Shown here in pieces: positions 1-7,800 of a stretch of 32,000 bases of DNA (positions are counted from its first letter, which is position 1; each line of letters starts with the position of its first letter). The translations under genes and the position numbers were made by a program. Where the stretch lies: assembly GCA_003858585.1 (NCBI GenBank), contig RQZE01000011.1, forward strand, positions 31,181 through 63,180, given 5' to 3'. The DNA is from Erysipelotrichaceae bacterium OH741_COT-311. Its GTDB lineage: Bacteria > Bacillota_I > Bacilli_A > Erysipelotrichales > Erysipelotrichaceae. Under the pieces are notes generated by a model. That model saw only the letters and a program-made list of their open reading frames with translations, did not search any database and was not told the origin of the DNA.

Positions 1-461
1 TCTATCACCTCTTGATGAGTCAATGCAGCCGGCAAACCGGATTGATTAGCACTTGAAACCAGTAATGGTACATTGACCTCGGTAATCAAACGTAACACAA
101 AGGGATCATCCGGAATACGTATTCCAATTGTATCAAGACCATTGGTAATATAAGGTAATACCTCAGGTCTCTTCTGTGCAACAATGGTCAATGCTCCCGG
201 CATTAATTGTTGAATGATCTTTAAATCTTGTTCCTTAATCATCGCAACCTTCAAAATATCTTCTAGACTACTGCACATAAAAGGAATAGGCTTTGATTCT
301 TCTCGTCCTTTCACACGTTTTAGCTTTTCTAACGCCTCAATGCAATCATAACGACACGCTATGCCATAAACCGTATCGGTAGGAAAGGCAACTATTCCTC
401 CCTTATTTAATAGTTCGACCAACTCCATCAGTTGGGATTTATCATATAACTTACTCATCAT
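1..461 (-). CDS. tsaC: L-threonylcarbamoyladenylate synthase (TsaC/YwlC, Sua5-YciO-YrdC family), N-terminal part; gene runs off the left edge
   Basis: Own translation of the minus strand from ATG at 461 (second ATG at 458): MMSKLYDKSQLMELVELLNKGGIVAFPTDTVYGIACRYDCIEALEKLKRVKGREESKPIPFMC...VPLLVSSANQSGLPAALTHQEV. The frame is open to position 1. PTDTVYG, K.R...KP and SAN.SG are YrdC-domain signatures. It is absent from the ORF track because it is truncated. Confidence 0.8.
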   Translation of the reverse strand, partial: MMSKLYDKSQLMELVELLNKGGIVAFPTDTVYGIACRYDCIEALEKLKRVKGREESKPIPFMCSSLEDILKVAMIKEQDLKIIQQLMPGALTIVAQKRPEVLPYITNGLDTIGIRIPDDPFVLRLITEVNVPLLVSSANQSGLPAALTHQEVI

Positions 462-651
462 CTGCCTTCTTTACAATGCGTTTGCATTTACGCTCAAATT
501 CAGGACGTTCAAACATAATCGATGCATGACATCCTAAACACTTAATCTTTATATCAGCACCCATACGTATAATCTTCCAATGCAAGGACTTACGACACGG
601 ATGTTGTTTTTTCATTTCAACAATATCATGCAATCCATAGTCTTGTATCAT
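451..651 (-). CDS. DUF951-family small protein (YyzM-like, 66 aa, Cys/His-rich)
   Basis: ORF track. DIVEMKKQHPC...W.IIRMGADIKIKC.GC matches my recollection of the DUF951/YyzM family. ATGA overlap with the folD stop, and its own stop overlaps the tsaC start (translational coupling). Confidence 0.7.
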   Translation of the reverse strand: MIQDYGLHDIVEMKKQHPCRKSLHWKIIRMGADIKIKCLGCHASIMFERPEFERKCKRIVKKADDE

Positions 652-1505
652 TCTATCCCTCCTTTTGCTAAGTAATAACTATCCAAGGTATTTTGAAGCA
701 ACATCGCAATCGTCATAGGACCCACTCCCTTTGGTACAGGAGTAATGTAACTACAAACCTTGCTTACCTCTTCAAAACAAACATCACCTACTAAATGATT
801 ATCTATTTTATTAATACCCACATCAATAACAATGGCACCTTCCTTAACAAAACTTGCATCAACATACTGTGCTTTTCCAATCGCAACTACTAAAATATCT
901 GCCGTTTTACAAATCTCTTTTATATTCTTTGTAGCACTATGACAAATCGTAACCGTACAATTTAAATCCTGTAGTAACTTTGAAAGTGGATTACCCACTA
1001 AATAACTACGACCAACCACAACTGCCTTTAAACCGGTAAAATCCACATGAATACTCTTTAACAATTCAATGATTCCAAGTGGTGTACAAGGTTTAAATCC
1101 CTTTAATCCAAGATATAACTTTCCAACATTAATGGGATGCAATCCATCCACATCTTTATTAGGATTAATTAAACTAATCATACGCAAAGGATCTAAATGC
1201 TTAGGAAGTGGCATCTGCACCAAAATACCATCTACCTCATCATCATTATTTAAATTAATAATTACTTCACTTAAATCCTCTTCACAAATATCTTGTGCCA
1301 AATGAATCATGCGAGAATAAAATCCAACTTCCTTACATGCCTTATCTTTCCCTTTTACATAAGAAACACTTGACGGATGATTTCCAACCAAAATAACCGC
1401 TAAGGTTGGTTTTGGTTTTCCTTGTCGTTGTAATTGTTGAACTTTATAAGCAATCTTCTCTTTAAACTGTAACGCTAATTCACTTCCTGAAATTACCTCT
1501 GCCAT
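648..1505 (-). CDS. folD: Bifunctional methylenetetrahydrofolate dehydrogenase / methenyltetrahydrofolate cyclohydrolase
   Basis: 285 aa. LAVILVGNHPSSVSYVKGKDKACKEVG, DGILVQMPLP, GFKPCTP, VVVGRSYLVGNPL and PVPKGVGPMT are typical FolD blocks. AAGGAG RBS lies 6 nt upstream. TGA stop. Confidence 0.95.
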   Translation of the reverse strand: MAEVISGSELALQFKEKIAYKVQQLQRQGKPKPTLAVILVGNHPSSVSYVKGKDKACKEVGFYSRMIHLAQDICEEDLSEVIINLNNDDEVDGILVQMPLPKHLDPLRMISLINPNKDVDGLHPINVGKLYLGLKGFKPCTPLGIIELLKSIHVDFTGLKAVVVGRSYLVGNPLSKLLQDLNCTVTICHSATKNIKEICKTADILVVAIGKAQYVDASFVKEGAIVIDVGINKIDNHLVGDVCFEEVSKVCSYITPVPKGVGPMTIAMLLQNTLDSYYLAKGGIE

Positions 1506-1507
1506 AC

Positions 1508-1717
1508 TTACTCCTTATGCTGAAATATTCTATAAACAGTATATGCACACAACATCGTACCACACACCAAAACATTAACGACACCTAACACTAACACCAC
1601 AATGCGATAAGAAGGATGTTGTAAATTAAAATACACAAGACCACACACCAACGCTGTAATGGTTGTTAGTAGAAACATAATCATTAAATATTGACGTACA
1701 TACTTATTCTTTAACAT
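1508..1717 (-). CDS. Small hypothetical membrane protein (two predicted TM helices)
   Basis: 69-aa ORF with two hydrophobic stretches. Its start overlaps the dtd stop by 7 nt (ATGTTAA) and its stop lies 2 nt before the folD ATG, so it is embedded in the operon. No family recognised. Confidence 0.5.
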   Translation of the reverse strand: MLKNKYVRQYLMIMFLLTTITALVCGLVYFNLQHPSYRIVVLVLGVVNVLVCGTMLCAYTVYRIFQHKE

Positions 1718-2160
1718 ATTTCTTTTGAATCAAGCACAATGGTAACCGGACCATCATTCACCAATGAAATATACATCTGTGCCTGAAACACTCCTTCTTC
1801 CACATGAATACCTCTATTTACAATACATTGATTAAAATATTGATACAATTCATTGGCAAACTCCGGTTTAGCTGCCTGTTCAAATCCTGGACGACGTCCT
1901 TTGCGACAATCTGCATATAATGTAAACTGCGAAATAGACAAGACATTACCACCAACATCCTCAATGGATAAATTCATCTTTCCTTGTGCATCATCAAAAA
2001 TGCGTAAATCCATTGCCTTCTTTGCCATTTTCTCAACAATTTCTTTTGTATCTTCACTACTAATCCCCACTAAAATAACATACCCATGTTGAATTTCTCC
2101 AACAATTTTATCATCCACGGTACAACTAGCTTGATTCACTCTTTGCATTACAAGTTTCAT
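1711..2160 (-). CDS. dtd: D-aminoacyl-tRNA deacylase
   Basis: MKLVMQRV...GYVILVGI...SQFTLYAD..KGRRP.F is typical Dtd. I place the start at ATG 2160 (AGGTGA RBS 5 nt upstream) rather than the GTG at 2169 used by the ORF track. Confidence 0.9.
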   Translation of the reverse strand: MKLVMQRVNQASCTVDDKIVGEIQHGYVILVGISSEDTKEIVEKMAKKAMDLRIFDDAQGKMNLSIEDVGGNVLSISQFTLYADCRKGRRPGFEQAAKPEFANELYQYFNQCIVNRGIHVEEGVFQAQMYISLVNDGPVTIVLDSKEIC

Positions 2161-2282
2161 TTTTATCACCTAATTAAAATTATACATGAACATTCCATAA
2201 ATAACTATTTATAAACATAAATTATATTTTTAACTTAATGATTGTATCACTCTTACGTTATAATGAATAAAAGAGGTATTTT

Positions 2283-3554
2283 ATGAAACAACCCTTAGCT
2301 TTTAAACTACGCCCAAAGAACCTGGATGAAATCATCGGACAACAACACTTAGTTGGACCCAATAGGATTTTACGAAAATGTGTGGAAAAGAACCAACTGT
2401 TCTCTATGATTTTTTATGGACCAAGCGGCACAGGAAAAACAACGTTAGCGATTGCCTTAGCACAACAACTAAACATTCCTCATCGTTTTTTTAACGCTAC
2501 CATAAACAACAAAAAAGACTTAGAAGCCATCTTTTTTGAAACAAAACTATCAAAACCCTTAATTGTTATTATTGATGAAATTCATCGCTTAAACAAAGAT
2601 AAACAAGACTTACTCCTTCCTTATTTAGAAGATGGAAGTATTCTTTTACTTGGTGCAACCACTTCCAATCCCTTTCATAGTATCAATCCGGCTTTACGCT
2701 CTCGTGCAATCCTATTGGAAGTAAAACCCTTAAGTAAGGATGATGTCATTCAAGCCATCAAACGTGCCTTAAAGATTGGCTTAGATCATCCACATCAAAT
2801 AGAACCTCAAGCCATTCAACAAATCGCAAACTATAGCAATGGAGATATTCGTTATGCCTTAAATATGTTAGATGTGTTAACCGTAGCATGTCAAAATCAA
2901 ATCATAACTACAAAAGATGTCGAAACCTACATGCCAAAGATTAACGTAGCCTTTGATGCAAGTGAAGATGGCTATTACAATGCCTTAAGTGCCTTTCAAA
3001 AAAGTATACGTGGTAGTGATGTGAATGCTGCATTATTTTATCTAGCTTATTTAGCCTTAGCCAATGACTTAGAAAGTATTGAACGAAGACTATTAGTAAC
3101 TGCTTATGAAGATATTGGATTAGCCAATCCAGCCTGTGTAGCTCGTACCATCAATGCCATTGATACTGCCAAACGAGTAGGCTTTCCAGAAGCCTTAATT
3201 CCCTTAGGATTACAAGTTATTGACTTAGCCCTATCTCCAAAATCCAGAAGCGCTCATGATGCCATAAAAAAAGCCTATGCCACAGTAGAATCCACAAGTT
3301 TTCATATTCCGGAATATTTAAAACTGACTCCTGTCGGTTTAAAAGAGAATGAAACATATGACTATAGTCGCAGTGACCTATGGCATCACATCCAATATCT
3401 ACCAAATAATCTTAAAGATAAAATATTCTATCAACCTTTGCCAAGCTCCAACTATGAAAAACAACTTTTAAATAACTACCAACAACTACAAAAGCACTAT
3501 CGTAGCAATCAACTTTCAAAGCTCTACCAAGAACATAAAAGCCCTAGAAAATAA
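2283..3554 (+). CDS. rarA: Replication-associated recombination protein A (AAA+ ATPase RarA/MgsA)
   Basis: 423 aa. LRPKNLDEIIGQQHL, Walker A GPSGTGKTT, Walker B IIDEIHR, GATTSNP and the C-terminal MgsA domain (SAFQKSIRGSD.NAALFYLA). GAGG RBS upstream. Confidence 0.92.
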   Translation: MKQPLAFKLRPKNLDEIIGQQHLVGPNRILRKCVEKNQLFSMIFYGPSGTGKTTLAIALAQQLNIPHRFFNATINNKKDLEAIFFETKLSKPLIVIIDEIHRLNKDKQDLLLPYLEDGSILLLGATTSNPFHSINPALRSRAILLEVKPLSKDDVIQAIKRALKIGLDHPHQIEPQAIQQIANYSNGDIRYALNMLDVLTVACQNQIITTKDVETYMPKINVAFDASEDGYYNALSAFQKSIRGSDVNAALFYLAYLALANDLESIERRLLVTAYEDIGLANPACVARTINAIDTAKRVGFPEALIPLGLQVIDLALSPKSRSAHDAIKKAYATVESTSFHIPEYLKLTPVGLKENETYDYSRSDLWHHIQYLPNNLKDKIFYQPLPSSNYEKQLLNNYQQLQKHYRSNQLSKLYQEHKSPRK

Positions 3555-3569
3555 TCTAGGACTTTTTTT
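3543..3569. terminator. Compact hairpin terminator spanning the stop codons of two convergent genes
   Basis: CCTAGA (3543-3548) / loop AAATAA / TCTAGG (3555-3560), then AC + T7 (3563-3569) on the plus strand. The rarA TAA sits in the loop and the flavoprotein TAG in the right arm. Only 1 nt separates the two ORFs. Confidence 0.45.
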
Positions 3570-4800
3570 GACTTGCCCAATATCCTGCAACATAGCCACC
3601 GGCAAAGGCTGCAGTAATGTTATAGCCACCGGTATAACCATGAATATCCATTATTTCTCCAGCAAAATATAGTCCTTTTACAAGCTTTGATTCCAATGTT
3701 TTAGCGTGTATTTCTTTTAAAGAAACACCACCCATAGTAACAAAAGCTTGTTGGAGCGGTAAACTATCACATACTTCAAAACGAAACTCTTTCAACATGG
3801 AAAAAAGTTGTTGACTTTGTTTCTTAGATACATTGGCAATTTGTTGTTGCTCTGAAATAGAAACCTGATGCAAAAGAAAAGCGGCAAATCTTGAAGGCAC
3901 ATACTCCTTTAGCCATTGTTTCACCATCATTGTTTGTACTTCTTTTTGATACCAAAAATCCTTTAGGGTCTCATAAGAAACATCCGGTAAAACATCTAAC
4001 TGCAAAGTTACTGTTGTTTGATGTTGCAATGCTTTAACCACAAAACTTGAACAGCGCAAAACACTTGGTCCGGAAACACCGAAATGCGTAAATAGAAAAT
4101 CCAAACGATGACTTACCACTTTTTTATGTTGATCCATTACACTTAAACATACATCCTTAAGAGATAAACCCATTAACGTTTTATCCAAAATAAATGATTC
4201 TTTACTAACTAAAGCCACTTCACTTGGCAAAAGCGGTGTAATGTGATGCCCAAGCCGGCGTATCAATCCATAACCAGAACCATTACTACCCGTTTGCGGA
4301 AAGCTTGCTCCACCTGTTGCCATAATCACACTATCACAAGATAACACTTCTTGATTGGTAGAAAGTCCAACGACTTGCTGATTTTTTACCACAATCGCTT
4401 TTGCAACCCTTTGATATTGAAACACAACGCCTAAACTTTGTGCTTTATTGACCAAAGCCTCTAAAATGGTTTTTGATTTATTACTAACAGGAAATACACG
4501 TCCATGATCTTCTACTTTTAAATCAACATGTAACTCCTTAAAAAACGCTATAATATCTTGATTATTAAACTGTTGAAATACACTATATAAAAACTTACCA
4601 TTTCCCACAATATGCTTGATGATTTCTTGCATACTACAAACATTGGTTACATTACATCGACCATTTCCCGTCAATAATAACTTCTTACCCGCTGTTTGAT
4701 TTTGCTCAACAACAACTACCTTAGCCCCACAACTTGCAGCTGAAATCGCAGCCATAAGACCACTGGTACCCGCACCCACTACCACTACATCACACTTCAT
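3556..4800 (-). CDS. NAD(P)/FAD-dependent oxidoreductase, HI0933/BaiN-like flavoprotein family
   Basis: 414 aa. N-terminal dinucleotide fold VVVVGAGTSGLMAAISAA, GKKLLLTGNGRCNVTN, and C-terminal GLYFAGEIMDIHGYTGGYNIT, typical of the HI0933-like family. Confidence 0.85.
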   Translation of the reverse strand: MKCDVVVVGAGTSGLMAAISAASCGAKVVVVEQNQTAGKKLLLTGNGRCNVTNVCSMQEIIKHIVGNGKFLYSVFQQFNNQDIIAFFKELHVDLKVEDHGRVFPVSNKSKTILEALVNKAQSLGVVFQYQRVAKAIVVKNQQVVGLSTNQEVLSCDSVIMATGGASFPQTGSNGSGYGLIRRLGHHITPLLPSEVALVSKESFILDKTLMGLSLKDVCLSVMDQHKKVVSHRLDFLFTHFGVSGPSVLRCSSFVVKALQHQTTVTLQLDVLPDVSYETLKDFWYQKEVQTMMVKQWLKEYVPSRFAAFLLHQVSISEQQQIANVSKKQSQQLFSMLKEFRFEVCDSLPLQQAFVTMGGVSLKEIHAKTLESKLVKGLYFAGEIMDIHGYTGGYNITAAFAGGYVAGYWASQKKS

Positions 4801-4843
4801 ACATACCTCTTACTTTCCTATTATACAATGGTTATAACATGAA

Positions 4844-4867
4844 AAAATAGAGCACTCGCTCTATTTT
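4844..4867 (-). terminator. Rho-independent terminator of the surface-protein gene
   Basis: Perfect 10-bp stem AAAATAGAGC / GCTCTATTTT with a 4-nt loop. On the minus strand the 3' arm ends in a U-tract. It overlaps the TAG stop (4861-4863). Confidence 0.6.
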
Positions 4868-7800
4868 AACGCTTCATGTTTTTTTATAACATGCAAAGCC
4901 ATCACACTTACCAAAAAGCCAATCATATAATACAATGCACTCGCATCATCTCTTGTCTTAGCTATTTTAACCTTTGTCTTTTCCTCTGTTTTTTCCTCTA
5001 CAATTGGATCTTCTACTTTCGGTGTAGGTTGAGGCAATGGATTTGGCTGTGGATTTGGTTGTGGATTTGGTTGTGGATTTGGTTGCGGATTTGGTTGTGG
5101 ATTTGGTTGTGGATTTGGTTGTGGATTTGGTTGCGGATTTGGTTGTGGCTGTGGTGCATTTCTATAGATATTGATAACCGTAAATCCCTGAATATTTGTT
5201 TGATACTCTTGTAACACCAACACTTGTCCTGACGGATCAACCTGTTTGATACTATATTGTATTTCTTGATTTCTTTCATCATATTGTGGTAATAATTGCC
5301 ATTCTACAAAGGAACTGCCTGGCATAAGTTTTAAAATCGGTTGAGGAGCTTCACTTTCCGGTTGATTATTGGTTGCACTATAAAGCTTAAACCATACATC
5401 CGGATGATTCGCCGGAGCATTTTGCCATACAACATCAACACGAATGGACTTACGCTTTAATGCGTTGGTAACATTTACTTCTTTTACCACCCCATCACCA
5501 ACATGAATTACTTGCATAGCGGAATTTACTTGATAGCGAAGTGGTGTATCTACTTGACGGACTTCCCAATCACCATAAATCAATGATGTAAATTCTACTC
5601 TACCAAAAGCATCTGTTTTACCTTGTTTTTCAATGCCGTTGGATATGATACTAAAAGTCGCATCCGCAATCCCCTTACTTGGATCTTCTTGATCGACTAA
5701 AACAATGGCAATATGTCCATCATGAACAACACCCAATTTACGATTGGTAATCGTTTGTAAATCTTTATCTGGATTTGCAACTGTTAACGCAACCGGAATC
5801 GCTTGTGTTGTTATTTCATATCCATCCGGTGCTTTTGTTTCTTTTACGGTATAATTCTTTAACTCTAAGTTATCAAATACGACAACTCCATCCTCTAATG
5901 TAGTAACTGTTTTTACTACACCTTGTTCATCTTCTAAGGCAAAGGTTGCACCCTTCAATGTTTTCGTTGGTTCTTGTTCATCTACTTTTACAAAACGAAT
6001 GCTTCCTTTTTGAATTACTTGTTTTTGATTCTTAAAGTCATTAACTATAACTTTAGGTTTATTTGCTTCAATACTTACAGTTTGAGTACTTAATTGATAA
6101 TGAAGCGGTGCCTTTGTTTCTTTTAAGATATATGTACCATATACAACTTGAGGGAATACAACTTCTCCTAAGGCATTACTCTTAGCTGTATATTTAAGTT
6201 CATCATTTTGAAATAATCCAAATTCTGCATCGGCAAGTGGTATCGTTGAATCATCAAAGTCTACCTTTTTAAAGGAAACTTCTGCAAACTGTACAGTTGG
6301 TTTTTTAACGTTTTCTATATAATTTAAGTCAATTTCTAATTGATCTATTCTAACTTCAATCTCTTTTGGTATATTATCTAGTACATAACCATTAGGTGCA
6401 ACGGTTTCTTTTAGTTTATATTGCCCAAGTTTTACATTTTCAAAACTTACATAGCCTTGCTCATCCGATACTGCCGTATATACTGGAACATCGTTTTGTT
6501 CTAAGATAAACGTTGCATGTTGTAATTTGATATTATGATTATCACGATCAACCTTATAGAAATGAACATGTCCTGTTTTCTTCTTATTTTGAATGATCAT
6601 TTCCTGATTCTCTTCATTAATTTCTACAGGATGAAGCATAGAATCTAATACATATTCATCCAGTGTCTTTACTTCTACAAGTTCATAATTACCATAGTCT
6701 AATTGTTCAAACATCACTAGCCCAAAACTATTTGTAACACCTTGTTTTACAACATATCCATCTTTCTTTAATTCAAATTCAACACCTTGTAAAAGCTTCG
6801 TTGGATTTTCAGCATCAATTTTTAACACTCGTAATGTTCCTTTTAAAGGTACTACTACTTCTTTTTCATTTACAAATGGATCTATAGATACATTCGGTTG
6901 TGTTGAAGTCAGGATAACTTCTCTTGTTTCGTTACTTAATTGATAGCCGCTTGGAGCAACTTCTTCTTGAAGTGTATAAGTACCAAGTTCCACTTGGTTA
7001 AAGAGTACCTCTCCACTAGCAGTAGAAGTAGCACGATATTTTATTTGATTATTTTGTTTTAAAACAAAGGATGCATTTGCAAGTTTCATCATCACATCTT
7101 CTTTATCAACCTTTTCAAATGTAATGCTCCCTTTTACTTTTTCTAAATCAATACTTACATTATTTTCAATGGCATTGGTAACATTGACATTCAGTGTTTT
7201 TGTCCAAGGTAAGTAACCATCATAATCTCCCTCTAAAGAAATTGTATATTGACCAAAGGTTAAATCAGAGAAGATAACTTTACCATTGGTAGCTGTTTCT
7301 TTTATTTCTAAGACACTGTTTTGTGATAGTTTAACACGAACATTTTGTAATGGTTGATGCGTCTCTTTATCATATACCGTAACTAAAATAGAACCCTTAT
7401 CATTTGTTACCTTACGATTGGTTACATTATTACCATAAGATCCGGAAGATGCAATAACCACACTACGAACTTCATCAGTAATTACATACCCCTGTTGCGT
7501 AGCTGTTTGTGATAATGTGTATGTTCCATAAGGAACATCCTTAAAACGTACCAATCCAATCAGATTACTTGTTGCCTGTGCAATGATTTCATTATCCCTT
7601 TTTAAAACAAAGGTCGCATTACGTAAACCAAGCGTTTGCTCATCGGCATCTACAACTTTAAAAGAATATGACCCTTTTAAAACAGGCGCTTCCGGTTCAA
7701 TTTTATACGGTTCTAAATGATCTGCCTGATTGGCAAGCACATGTACTTCTCGTACTTCCGGATTTAAAAGATAACTATCCGGAGCACTCTTCATTTTCAG

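Noticed and set aside
1069-2092. Plus-strand ORFs 1069-1305 and 1853-2092.
   Set aside because: They are antisense to folD and dtd respectively. They are low-complexity with no start context.
2235-2264. Possible rarA promoter (TTAATG, 18 nt, TATAAT at 2259-2264), and similar -10-like hexamers upstream of dtd, ychF and the lipoprotein array.
   Set aside because: TATAAT-like hexamers are frequent in sequence this AT-rich, and the -35 elements or spacing here are poor. This is not enough support to report them as features.
5039-5146. Regularly spaced direct repeats considered as a possible CRISPR array.
   Set aside because: The units are 12 bp, contiguous and without spacers. They are in frame within a long ORF and encode PNPQ. 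No cas genes are present in the window.
4876-5282. ORF-track entries 4876-5214 (+, WIWLWIWL...) and 5013-5282 (-, HNQIRNQIHNQ...).
   Set aside because: Both are alternative-frame or antisense readings of the 12-bp tandem repeat inside the 1421-aa surface-protein gene. Their periodic low-complexity sequence is an artefact of the repeat.
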